Below are positions 31,430 through 40,641 of a DNA stretch of 64,000 nt, one piece after another; positions within the stretch are counted from its first letter, which is position 1, and every line of letters begins with the position of its first letter. Where the stretch lies: positions 677-64,676 of the forward strand of contig CAZNZS010000003.1 in the NCBI GenBank assembly GCA_964577585.1. The letters run 5' to 3'. The notes beneath the pieces are model-generated. The model did no database searches, was not told where the DNA came from, and saw only the letters and a program-made list of their open reading frames with translations. The translations under genes were made by a program, and so were the position numbers. The stretch comes from an uncultured Acutalibacter sp. Its GTDB lineage: Bacteria; Bacillota; Clostridia; Oscillospirales; Acutalibacteraceae.

Positions 31430-32446
31430 ATGAGCTTTTCCATCAAAGAAGACATGTCTGCCATTGTACAGCAATATGCAATGTATTTGAGAAATATCAA
31501 GGGCTTGTCCGCAAAAACTGTTGAGCAGTATTGTAAGGATCTCAGAACCTTTTTCCGCTTTATTAAAATTGATCGCGGTCTGGCGAACGCCGGTCAGTCT
31601 ATGGAAAATATTTCTGTTACAGATGTTGACCTTGAATTTCTGCGTACGATCCAAACTATGGATATTTTTGAGTTCATGAACTATGTTGCAGATGACAGAA
31701 ACAATATGAGCTCTACACGGCAGAGAAAATCTTCTTCGTTAAAATCCTTTTTCAAATATCTCAATGTCCATGAGAAGCTTTTGGACTTCGATCCGACAGA
31801 GAATCTCACTCCCCCAAAAAAGAAGAAGGCTCTTCCCCACTTTCTTTCGCTCGAACAAAGTATCGAACTTTTGAATTCAGTGGACGGCCCCAATGCGGAG
31901 CGCGACCGCTGCATTTTAACGTTGTTTTTGAATTGCGGCATGCGCCTTTCTGAGCTCGTTTCCATCAATATCACCGATGTAATACACAACAATTCTACTC
32001 TGCGCATTTTGGGAAAAGGAAATAAAGAACGTATCGTCTATTTGAATCAGGCCTGTATGAATTCCATAGAAGCATATCTTGCCGTTCGACCGAAAGACGG
32101 CGTTATTGACCGCAACGCGCTGTTTCTGAGCAACCGCATGACCAGAATCAGCTACCGGACTGTGCAGGAGCTTGTAAAACACTATCTTGCAAAGATAGGC
32201 CTGGGCGGTCCTGGATTCTCTGTTCACAAGCTCAGGCACACGGCTGCTACATTGATGTACCGATATGGAGACGTTGATATCCGCGTTCTCCAGGATATTC
32301 TGGGCCATGCCAATCTTGGTACCACGGAAATATACACACATACTTCCAGCAATCAGATGGAGGCTGCCGTCAACTCAAATCCCCTGGCAAATATCAAGGC
32401 CCGAAAAAAGCCTTCCAAAAGCTCTGATGAAAACGATGAAGAATGA
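31430..32446 (+). CDS. Tyrosine recombinase, XerC/XerS-like
   Basis: Catalytic R (GMRLSEL), K (GKGNKER), HKLRH, LGH and Y (TEIYTH); extended N-terminal domain. Confidence 0.92.
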   Translation: MSFSIKEDMSAIVQQYAMYLRNIKGLSAKTVEQYCKDLRTFFRFIKIDRGLANAGQSMENISVTDVDLEFLRTIQTMDIFEFMNYVADDRNNMSSTRQRKSSSLKSFFKYLNVHEKLLDFDPTENLTPPKKKKALPHFLSLEQSIELLNSVDGPNAERDRCILTLFLNCGMRLSELVSINITDVIHNNSTLRILGKGNKERIVYLNQACMNSIEAYLAVRPKDGVIDRNALFLSNRMTRISYRTVQELVKHYLAKIGLGGPGFSVHKLRHTAATLMYRYGDVDIRVLQDILGHANLGTTEIYTHTSSNQMEAAVNSNPLANIKARKKPSKSSDENDEE

Positions 32447-32469
32447 AGGCTGATTTTCTCCATCATAGC

Positions 32470-32505
32470 AAAAAAGCACGGTGGCCAAAGCCGCTGTGCT
32501 TTTTT
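32470..32505. terminator. Bidirectional terminator at the convergence point
   Basis: aaaaaagcacggtggc-caaa-gccgctgtgctttttt. Confidence 0.85.
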
Positions 32506-32525
32506 GTATCCGATTTTTCTGGGCT

Positions 32526-33533
32526 TTACTGATCTTCTTCCTCGGAATTTTCTTTCTTTTTTCCATTGAGCTCTGATTGCCGTACCAGTTTGCCATTGAC
32601 ATAAACGAACTTGTCTTCGTCGTCCTCTTCCGGCGGTGCAGTATCAAAAATACCGGAAAAACGCTCTTCCAGAGGATCGGAATCCTCCTCTTCTGCCCCT
32701 TCTTTTTCCATTCGATTGTTGTAGGGCTGGATCATATACCGATCAATAACGGGATAAACCGTAAAGTTTATCAGATAGCTGACAAAGGAAAAAACAATGA
32801 AAAGCAGCAATACAATAAAAATCAGCACGGTCAGCGGCATGATGGGAATTACGCCTATCACCAAGATAAGCAATCCCCCCAGGATCAATGTGATCAGCAG
32901 ATTCCTTCCAAATCCGGCCGCTACAAATATCAAAGCGTTTCTGTAACACTGGAAAAACTTCAGATCAAAGGTGATAAACATAACGGGCAAATAGTACTGT
33001 GCAAAAAGAAGGGCCACTGAAACAACAAGGCAAAGCCAGAAAGGCACATAAAGGAACGGGTTTTCAGCCGCCATGTTGTAATAGTAGATCATGGAAAAGC
33101 TCAGTATTACATAGGCAGCATAGACCAGAAGCCCATTATACAGAAAATACTTCCAGTTTCCCTTCACAGCGTCCCAGAAGTCTGACCATACAAATGCGTG
33201 CTCTTCTCTGGCGAAATTTCGGGTGATATAGGTGATCCCGGCCGCAAAGGGTGCCACCAGAACTAGCGGCAGCGGGACAGCGTATAAAGCCCAGACATCC
33301 AGGCTCAAGCCCGGAAGCTGCATTGTAAAATGGGTGGGAAAAAGATAAACAAGGAACATCAGGCACGCTGCTGCGGCAACAGGAAGAAAGAAAATTAAAT
33401 TCACCTGAATGAGCTTTGAAAATTTACGAAAATAAATTTCAAAGAAGCGGATCGGTGCCGCCTTTGGCGGCTCATCCTTGCTTACACCCGGTCCGGGCTT
33501 ATTATAATTTCCGAAAAAGTTGAAAAGACCCAA
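32526..33533 (-). CDS. DUF624/YesL family membrane protein
   Basis: N-terminal KPGPGVSKDEP, FARE.H.FVWSDFW, several TM segments, acidic tail. Confidence 0.8.
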   Translation of the reverse strand: MGLFNFFGNYNKPGPGVSKDEPPKAAPIRFFEIYFRKFSKLIQVNLIFFLPVAAAACLMFLVYLFPTHFTMQLPGLSLDVWALYAVPLPLVLVAPFAAGITYITRNFAREEHAFVWSDFWDAVKGNWKYFLYNGLLVYAAYVILSFSMIYYYNMAAENPFLYVPFWLCLVVSVALLFAQYYLPVMFITFDLKFFQCYRNALIFVAAGFGRNLLITLILGGLLILVIGVIPIMPLTVLIFIVLLLFIVFSFVSYLINFTVYPVIDRYMIQPYNNRMEKEGAEEEDSDPLEERFSGIFDTAPPEEDDEDKFVYVNGKLVRQSELNGKKKENSEEEDQ

Positions 33534-33563
33534 AGAAAAAACAACTCCATTCCCTATAATTTA

Positions 33564-34460
33564 TTATCCAAGCTTTGCCTTAGGATGGCAATCCTGGTAA
33601 ACCTGCTTTACTCGGCTGTCCAACAGCTGCACATAAACCTGTGTAGAAGAAATGTCAGCATGTCCCATCATAGACTGAATATCCTTTACCGAAGCACCGT
33701 TCTGCAGCAGATGCAGAGCGAAGGAATGCCGCAGAGTGTGCGGCGTGATTTCTTTCTGGATATTGGCTTGCTTTGCATACCTTTTCACAATCTTCCAGAA
33801 TCCCTGCCTGGTAAGCCGTCCGCCATTGAGGTTTACAAACAGCGCGCTTCCACTGTCAGGCCCGGAGATCAGATCACGCATCCGGTAAATGTAATCGGAA
33901 ACCGCTACAACGGCCGAAGGATACATCGGAATGGGACGAACACCCTTGTTTCCCCTGCAGTAAAGCACGCCGGAGCGAAGGTTTACGTCTTTGATATTTA
34001 AGTTGATAAGCTCCGAAACCCTGATTCCGGTGGCGTATAACAGCTCAAGCATCGCCTTGTCACGGCAGCCCTTTGGATCGGTGATATCAGGCTGGGCAAG
34101 AAGACGTTCAATATCTTCCCCCGAAAGAACCTGTGGAAGCTTTTTTACAGTTTTTTCCAGTTTGATATTTTTTGCGGGATTTACATCGACAAAGCCGCGA
34201 AAAATGAGAAATTTGTAAAAACACCGCACAGAAGCCAGATTTCTGGAAATCGTTGTAGGAGAACGCTTTATTTCATGGAGATAGTCAACGTACTCCTGAA
34301 TCTGTTCCTCATTCAGGTTCAAAGGCGACATATCGCGCACAGTGAGGTATTGCAGGAAATACATAATATCTCTGAGATAAGACTCTCTGGTATTGGCAGA
34401 GCTTGGCTTTTGTATCTCCAGATACTCGCCGAACATGGAATAGTAATCGTCATTTTTCAT
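33564..34460 (-). CDS. xerD: Tyrosine recombinase XerD (RipX-like)
   Basis: RDKAMLELLYATGIRVSEL, LTRQGFWKI, TPHTLRHSFA, MGHADISSTQVY motifs. Confidence 0.9.
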   Translation of the reverse strand: MKNDDYYSMFGEYLEIQKPSSANTRESYLRDIMYFLQYLTVRDMSPLNLNEEQIQEYVDYLHEIKRSPTTISRNLASVRCFYKFLIFRGFVDVNPAKNIKLEKTVKKLPQVLSGEDIERLLAQPDITDPKGCRDKAMLELLYATGIRVSELINLNIKDVNLRSGVLYCRGNKGVRPIPMYPSAVVAVSDYIYRMRDLISGPDSGSALFVNLNGGRLTRQGFWKIVKRYAKQANIQKEITPHTLRHSFALHLLQNGASVKDIQSMMGHADISSTQVYVQLLDSRVKQVYQDCHPKAKLG

Positions 34461-34479
34461 ACTCCTACCCACTTTCTGT

Positions 34480-35030
34480 TAAACCTCTCAAGCAAATCGT
34501 TCCTATGGAAAAAGTTCAGTACCCTCAAAAGCAAAATGCCTTCAGAAAGAAAGCTGCTGCAGGCAGTGTCACAAAACAGAACGTATTCTTTGCAGTAAGC
34601 AAAAAAGCCAAACTGTCCCAGATGATCCATTCTTCCCTGCCTTTACAAAAGAGCAAAAGCACGGATACCTCTGTGCTAAGCAGATATATCAAAACCGAGC
34701 TTTCAGAATCCTCTGTAGCTTTCTGATCCACAAAAAGAGAAACTGTCAGGGACCCTGTCGGCAAGACGCTGAAAACAGTATGCCGAGCAAAGATAGGATG
34801 AGAAAGATCGGCCAATTGATCAAAAAGAAAAAAACAAAGAAAAGGCTTGTCTTTACCAAAGGGAGGGTAAAAAAAGAAGGTACAAGAGACTTGTCCAGAA
34901 TACAGAGAGAAGAAGGAAAAGAAAAGTTATCATTTCGCTTGGCCCTATAAGGACAAAAGAAACGGAATTTGCAATCAATAGATATGAAAAGCTGAGGAGT
35001 AATATACCAAACAAAATCCGGCAAATGCAT
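34480..35030 (-). pseudogene. Possible decayed membrane-protein gene (spoIIM-like by position)
   Basis: Hydrophobic reading segments spread over different minus frames with stops; sits immediately upstream of xerD. Confidence 0.3.
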
Positions 35031-35468
35031 AAGTTCTAAATCTGAATGGAAACCGCTGGTTTCAAATTATTTGAAACCTTTGCTTTTTCACACAGCTTAT
35101 GCAAAAGAGAAAATAAAACAGATCTCTGAATGTGAAAAGAGCGGTTAAATTCGAAAAGAAAAACGCAACATATGCTAATTTTCAAAAAGTGAAACGGCAT
35201 ATCTTGTGATTTTTGATGCGCAAAATACTTAGATTTCATGCCGCTTTTCTCAAATTTTCAGAACATATTTTCTGGTTTCTTCAAATTTCACATTCCAAAA
35301 GCACCGTGTTAATTAACTATAATACAAACCCGGGAATTTTTCAAGAAGAAAATCGAATATTTTTTCATTATTTTTAAATTTCAAAGAAATTATGTAATTT
35401 TGATTATGTAAACCAATGTATATTCTCTACCGAATATTATGCAAACCAATCCAGATGTTGTATGTATA

Positions 35469-35500
35469 AAAATACGCACGGCGATACCATGTGTATTTTT
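35469..35500. terminator. Probable terminator downstream of the TIGR04086 gene
   Basis: aaaaatacgcacgg-cgata-ccatgtgtattttt hairpin. Confidence 0.6.
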
Positions 35501-35526
35501 GCTCAGCTGTATCGAATACGGTGTGA

Positions 35527-35907
35527 TTAAAATTTCACCTTTCCCCTTTTATTTACCCCGAGGATTCCGCCAATCGATCCGCTTATCATAATAGCGCTTG
35601 CTTTTCCAAAGCTTGCTGCTGACAGCGCTTTCTCTTGAAAAGCAAAGGAAACAACAAATATCATAACCGCAAGGGCGGTTCCTTCCAACAGGCCGAGCAA
35701 GATCCCCATTTCCCTGAGATAAAGAGCTCCACTGAGGCTTCCGAGAAAAACTGCCGCACAAGCTGTCAGTGTCATGATGATCGGAACAGCGTTTTTTGGC
35801 AGCGTTTGCATCTTTCCTAAGATCAGCGCGATCACAAGCAGTAGGATACAGCAACTGATCACTGTTACCGAAAGTCCGAACAGAAAAGCCTTTATTCTCT
35901 TTTTCAT
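35527..35907 (-). CDS. TIGR04086/YrzE-like membrane protein
   Basis: 4 TM segments, G.L.G and GSIGGILGVN C-terminal motif. Confidence 0.75.
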   Translation of the reverse strand: MKKRIKAFLFGLSVTVISCCILLLVIALILGKMQTLPKNAVPIIMTLTACAAVFLGSLSGALYLREMGILLGLLEGTALAVMIFVVSFAFQEKALSAASFGKASAIMISGSIGGILGVNKRGKVKF

Positions 35908-35910
35908 TAG

Positions 35911-35955
35911 AAAAACCTCACAGTTCAGTATGGTTCATACTATGAACTGTGAGGT
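35911..35955 (-). terminator. Terminator of the ABC exporter gene
   Basis: 13-bp perfect stem acctcacagttca / tgaactgtgaggt followed by ttttt on the minus strand. Confidence 0.8.
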
Positions 35956-35975
35956 CTGTTTATTCCGGTCAGAAT

Positions 35976-37664
35976 TCAGCTTTTTCGATCGGTTCGGTAT
36001 AACCTTGCAAAATAGCCATTCTGCTTCATCAATTCTTCGAAGGTACCCTCTTCTTCTATTCTTCCCTTCCGGAGTACCACAATCCTGTCAAATCCCACAA
36101 CTGCATCCAGCTTATGGGTGACAGCAAGCACGGTTTTTCCCCTGAGAAGGGTAAGCAGTTCATCGATCACTGCTTTTTCCGTGATGTTGTCCAGGGCTGA
36201 AGTTGCTTCATCCAAAATCGTCAATTCATTTTGTTCAAAGAAGATGCGGCTCAGCGCCAGCCTTTGTCGTTCCCCTCCGGAAAGAACTGTTCCCCTTTCC
36301 CCTACCTGCATATCAAGCCCTTGCTCAGAAGCCTTCAGAAGCGGCAAAAGCTGCATTTTTTCAAGCGCTTTATAAATCAGTTCATCTTTTGCGTCTTTTC
36401 CTGCGAGTATGTTTTCCCGCAGGCTTCCGTCAAACACATTGGAGTCCTGGGAAAGATAGCTGATTTTCCTGTATAGCTCACAGAGGCAGATTTCACGAAG
36501 CTCTTCTTCTCCCAGCCTGATATGACCCCACTTATACTTCAGAAAGCCTGCCAGCAATTTCAGCAGCGTGGATTTTCCGGAGCCGCTCTCTCCCACAAAG
36601 GCCACCTTTTCTCCGTTCCTGATGTTCAATGTCAGCCCCTCAAATATCTGATGGCTTTCATAGGAAAAGCAAAGGCCTTCCACGGAAATATCCACAGCAC
36701 AGCTTTGGATACTTTTGCCCGATAAAAGCTGCCCGTCTTCCTTTGCGTCGAGAAATTCCTTATAGCGCCGAAAAGCAGTACGGTCAAGCTTATACTGCAC
36801 ATACAGAACATTGAAAATTGCAATGGGCGTATAAGCATTGTTCAGCAAAGCAATCAAAGCTACGGCAGAACCTACGGAAATTTCTCCGGTCTTCCAGATA
36901 TAGACAAGGACAAAAATATCCAGCATTGCCACCAGAAGAGCAAACACGGTAAAGAAGGCCTCGTGGATCATTGTCATCTTAGTCTTGGAGGAAACGATCC
37001 TTTCCTTTGCCCTTGCCGCTTTGCCCAGTTCACCGGGGAACAATCCGGCCAGGCGAAAAACCGGCATCTCCATAAATCCGCGGACAAGATATCGGTTCAG
37101 CTTCTCTTCGTTTGTCAAGATCTTCTCTTTGATTTGATACAGGGATCGCAAAAGAAGGTTCGTAATGAGAAAAACGAAAACATACCCAACCAAGACTGCA
37201 TACATGATCGGAACGCTGATCCTCCAAATAAAGTAAATGCTGAAAACCATGTTGGGGATCTGTTCACGGATCAGGGAAAGCCAAAAACGAAACAGAATGT
37301 TCCTGCCGGCGTCGGCACCGTTTTCAATTCGCTGTATCATCTGTCCTGTTCCCAGCTTTTGATATTCAGAATACTCTATCCTGCTGATTTTCTGAAGCGC
37401 AAGCAGTTTGAAATTAAGATAGATCCCATGCTCCAGGCGCTTTTCCGGATAGTTTTCCAAATAATTTGCCAAGAAACCGATGATCATCAGCGCGCCGTAA
37501 AACAAAATATTGGTAAAGGTTATCGTGCGGTCAGTCAAGCCATCGACCACAGATTGAAAATAGTGAGTCTGGAAATTGGAAATAAACGCACAAAAAACAC
37601 CGAGAATCAGGTAGAATACTGCCGTCTTCCCGTTCTTAAACAGCACTTCTTTTTGATAATTCAT
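35976..37664 (-). CDS. ABC exporter, fused TMD-NBD half transporter
   Basis: GESGSGKST, LSGGERQR, ILDEATS, VTHK motifs with N-terminal TM domain; RBS aaaggag. Confidence 0.92.
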   Translation of the reverse strand: MNYQKEVLFKNGKTAVFYLILGVFCAFISNFQTHYFQSVVDGLTDRTITFTNILFYGALMIIGFLANYLENYPEKRLEHGIYLNFKLLALQKISRIEYSEYQKLGTGQMIQRIENGADAGRNILFRFWLSLIREQIPNMVFSIYFIWRISVPIMYAVLVGYVFVFLITNLLLRSLYQIKEKILTNEEKLNRYLVRGFMEMPVFRLAGLFPGELGKAARAKERIVSSKTKMTMIHEAFFTVFALLVAMLDIFVLVYIWKTGEISVGSAVALIALLNNAYTPIAIFNVLYVQYKLDRTAFRRYKEFLDAKEDGQLLSGKSIQSCAVDISVEGLCFSYESHQIFEGLTLNIRNGEKVAFVGESGSGKSTLLKLLAGFLKYKWGHIRLGEEELREICLCELYRKISYLSQDSNVFDGSLRENILAGKDAKDELIYKALEKMQLLPLLKASEQGLDMQVGERGTVLSGGERQRLALSRIFFEQNELTILDEATSALDNITEKAVIDELLTLLRGKTVLAVTHKLDAVVGFDRIVVLRKGRIEEEGTFEELMKQNGYFARLYRTDRKS

Positions 37665-37767
37665 AGCTGTACTCCTTTATTTTTGTTTTTGGGAGCAGTA
37701 CAGCTGTGGCTGAAGGCGTTAAATTGAAGAACGTATCATTTGCTCAGCACTGTCCGCCTACAGCATT

Positions 37768-37806
37768 TCACAACTGTACTGAGCAGTTAATTCGTTGTGT
37801 TCGCAA
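37768..37806 (-). CDS. Putative leader peptide MRTQRINCSVQL (TTG start)
   Basis: AAAGGAGG, 8-nt spacer, TTG; last codons overlap the 5' arm of a long leader hairpin. Confidence 0.4.
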   Translation of the reverse strand: MRTQRINCSVQL

Positions 37807-37840
37807 AAAGCGCGCCTCCTTTGTTGCAATGGATTTCATA

Positions 37841-37878
37841 AAAAACAGAGATGCCGAAAGCAAACAACTCCCGGCATC
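37841..37878 (-). terminator. Terminator after yajC
   Basis: gatgccg...cggcatc stem followed by tctgttttt on the minus strand. Confidence 0.6.
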
Positions 37879-37898
37879 CGCTATCAACTTGCGTAAAA

Positions 37899-38243
37899 TC
37901 AGGTCTGATCCTCTTCGTGAACAGTATCAACGCTTCCTATTGCCCAGCGCTTGATACGCATTTTGGACTTATCGCTGCCTGTTTCGATGATCACAGAATC
38001 CGTTTCGTCCTTTACTGCAATAATGCGTCCGCAAATTCCGCCAATGGTAGTGATCTCATCCCCTACCTGAGCATTTTTGCGCATTTCAGCCTCTTTTTTC
38101 TTCTTTTTGCTTTGGGGCCTGAAAAAAATCAGATACAGAATCAGAAAAAAGACACCGTAAACCAAAAGCATCAGGATCAAGCTTCCGGCGCTGCCGGTAG
38201 CTGCACCTGTACCTGTGGTATTTAGCGTTGCTAAATGAGTCAT
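37899..38243 (-). CDS. yajC: Preprotein translocase subunit YajC
   Basis: One TM segment, FRPQSKKKK, VGDEITTIGGICG motifs. Confidence 0.93.
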   Translation of the reverse strand: MTHLATLNTTGTGAATGSAGSLILMLLVYGVFFLILYLIFFRPQSKKKKKEAEMRKNAQVGDEITTIGGICGRIIAVKDETDSVIIETGSDKSKMRIKRWAIGSVDTVHEEDQT

Positions 38244-38327
38244 TCGTTTCCACCTCCGAGTTGATTGAATTGATTATACCAATAATCGAGGAAACATGCA
38301 AGCAAATTTCCAAATTCCAAAAAACTT

Positions 38328-39458
38328 TCAGATTCTTCTGCTCAGCGCTTCGACGTTCGCCTGATAGAATGCACCAAAGCTTCCTTCATCCAGGGCCTCC
38401 CGAATCTTGGAAAGCAGCGTGTTATAGAAATAGAGATTATGCATCACCGTCAGCCGCATTGCCAGCATTTCTCCGGCCTTGAAAAGATGGTGGAGATAGG
38501 CCCGGCTGTGATTGCGGCAAGTCGGACAGCCGCAGTTTTCATCAAGCGGCGCTTCATCCAAAGCATATTTAGCGTTAAGTAAATTACGGCATCCCTGCCA
38601 GGTAAAGGCGTGTCCGTGCCGGGCGTTCCGGCTCGGCATAACGCAGTCGAACAGATCTACGCCCCGGGAAACGCTCTCCAAAATATTGGCCGGCGTTCCC
38701 ACGCCCATCAAATACCGGATCTTATCCACGGGCATAAAAGGCTCCACAGCCTCAATGATACGGTACATTTCTTCTGTCGGCTCCCCTACCGCCAGACCCC
38801 CGATAGCATAGCCGTCCAGCTGAAGCTCCGCGATGCGCTTCATGTGCTCAATCCTTAGATCCTCATATGTGCATCCCTGGTTGATGCCAAACAGCAGCTG
38901 CTGCGGGTTCACTGTCCCCTCCTGGGCATTTAACCTTGCCATTTCTTTTTTGCAGCGCTCCAGCCATCGGGCGGTGCGCTGGCAGGACAGCCTTGCATAA
39001 TCATATTCCGCAGGGTTTTCGACGCATTCGTCAAAAGCCATAGCGATGGTGGAACCCAGATTGGATTGAATCCTCATGCTCTCTTCCGGGCCCATAAAGA
39101 TCCTGTGACCGTCGATATGAGAAGCAAAGGTAACGCCTTCTTCCGTAATGTTGCGGAGCTTTGCCAGAGAAAACACCTGAAATCCGCCGCTGTCCGTCAG
39201 CACAGGACCTTCCCAACCGGTAAATTTCCGAATGCCTCCCAGTTGTTTTACCGTTTCATCTCCCGGCCGCAAATGCAGATGATAGGTGTTGCAAAGTTGG
39301 ACCTGGCAGTCCAGTTCCTTCAGGTCTTTGGCGGAAACCGCCCCTTTGATCGCTCCCGCCGTGGCCACGTTCATAAAAGCCGGTGTCTGAACTGTTCCAT
39401 GAACAGTCTCAAATTCTCCCCGGCGGGCGGCGCCCTCTGTTTTCAACAAACGATACAT
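38328..39458 (-). CDS. tgt: tRNA-guanine transglycosylase
   Basis: TPAFMNVAT, NTYHL, LTDSGGFQVFSL, DLFDCVMP, CGCPTC motifs. Confidence 0.96.
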   Translation of the reverse strand: MYRLLKTEGAARRGEFETVHGTVQTPAFMNVATAGAIKGAVSAKDLKELDCQVQLCNTYHLHLRPGDETVKQLGGIRKFTGWEGPVLTDSGGFQVFSLAKLRNITEEGVTFASHIDGHRIFMGPEESMRIQSNLGSTIAMAFDECVENPAEYDYARLSCQRTARWLERCKKEMARLNAQEGTVNPQQLLFGINQGCTYEDLRIEHMKRIAELQLDGYAIGGLAVGEPTEEMYRIIEAVEPFMPVDKIRYLMGVGTPANILESVSRGVDLFDCVMPSRNARHGHAFTWQGCRNLLNAKYALDEAPLDENCGCPTCRNHSRAYLHHLFKAGEMLAMRLTVMHNLYFYNTLLSKIREALDEGSFGAFYQANVEALSRRI

Positions 39459-39502
39459 ATGATCCCCCTGTAAGATAAAGCCATAAAAATCTTATGCGAA
39501 GC

Positions 39503-40543
39503 TCAGTGGATGAACATAGCGTCCCCAAAACTGAAGAACCGGTAATTTTCTTTTACAGCCTCTCGATAGGCATTAAGTACGTTCTCTCTCCCCGCCAATG
39601 CGGAAACCAGCATGATCAGGGTGCTTTCCGGCAAATGAAAATTGGTAATGAGCGCGTCTATCCCTTTGAATTCATAGCCCGGATAGATAAAAATGTCCGT
39701 CCAGCCCTGGCTTTCCTTGAAACAGCCTTCCCTTTGCGCAACGGATTCAATGGTCCGGCAGCTGGTGGTGCCGACAGCGATCACCCGTTTACCCTTTGCC
39801 TTGGTATCCCGTATCAGTTCTGCGGTTTTTTTCGGCATAAAATAATGCTCTGAATGCATTTTATGGTCCGCGATCCTTTCGGCGCTTACGGGGCGAAAGG
39901 TGCCCAGGCCGACGTGAAGGGTCACAAAGCCGAGGTTCACGCCCTTTTCCTTCAGTTCATCCAGAAGCTCCGGAGTAAAGTGAAGCCCAGCGGTAGGCGC
40001 CGCAGCGGACCCGGTTTCCCGCGAGTATACCGTCTGGTATCTTTCCTTGTCCTGAAGCTTTTCCTTTATATAAGGCGGCAGAGGCATTTGCCCGATCTGG
40101 TCCAGGATCTGAAAAAACGCGCCTTCATACTGAAACCGGATCAGCCGGTTTCCGTCTTCCAGCACCTGTATCACCCGGCAGCGCAGCAGCCCTTCTCCGA
40201 AAGTGAATTCCGCGCCTTCTCTGGCCCTCTTTCCGGGCTTTGCAAGGACTTCCCAAATATCGTTCCCCTTGTTTTCCAGCAAAAGGAATTCCATATGAGC
40301 ACCCGTGTTGTCCTTGATGCCGTAAATTCTGGCGGGAAGCACTCTGGAATCGTTCAGGATCAGGCTGTCTCCCGGCTCGATAAACTTCAGGATATCCCGG
40401 AAATGATAGTGGCCTGTCTCTCCTGTCCTTTTATCCAGGGTCATCAGGCGAGAACTGTCCCGGGGCTCCACGGGCGTTTGCGCAATGAGCCTTTCGGGAA
40501 GCTCAAAGCTGAAATCACTGGTTTTTAAGATCTGCTCATTCAT
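39503..40543 (-). CDS. queA: S-adenosylmethionine:tRNA ribosyltransferase-isomerase
   Basis: [48 protein letters not shown] motifs. Confidence 0.96.
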   Translation of the reverse strand: MNEQILKTSDFSFELPERLIAQTPVEPRDSSRLMTLDKRTGETGHYHFRDILKFIEPGDSLILNDSRVLPARIYGIKDNTGAHMEFLLLENKGNDIWEVLAKPGKRAREGAEFTFGEGLLRCRVIQVLEDGNRLIRFQYEGAFFQILDQIGQMPLPPYIKEKLQDKERYQTVYSRETGSAAAPTAGLHFTPELLDELKEKGVNLGFVTLHVGLGTFRPVSAERIADHKMHSEHYFMPKKTAELIRDTKAKGKRVIAVGTTSCRTIESVAQREGCFKESQGWTDIFIYPGYEFKGIDALITNFHLPESTLIMLVSALAGRENVLNAYREAVKENYRFFSFGDAMFIH

Positions 40544-40612
40544 GAAACGGTTTCCTTTCCAACGGCCAAGCACGAATGCGTCAAAAAAGCATAGGATAAA
40601 GTATTGAAAAAA

Positions 40613-40641
40613 TTGACAAGAAGTTCGAACTGCGGTAAAAT
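40613..40641 (+). promoter_or_regulatory. sigmaA promoter of the asd-dap operon
   Basis: TTGACA-17 nt-TAAAAT, about 150 nt upstream of asd. Confidence 0.75.

Noticed and set aside
38721-38731. DnaA-box-like TTATCCACG inside tgt
   Set aside because: A single imperfect match within a coding sequence.
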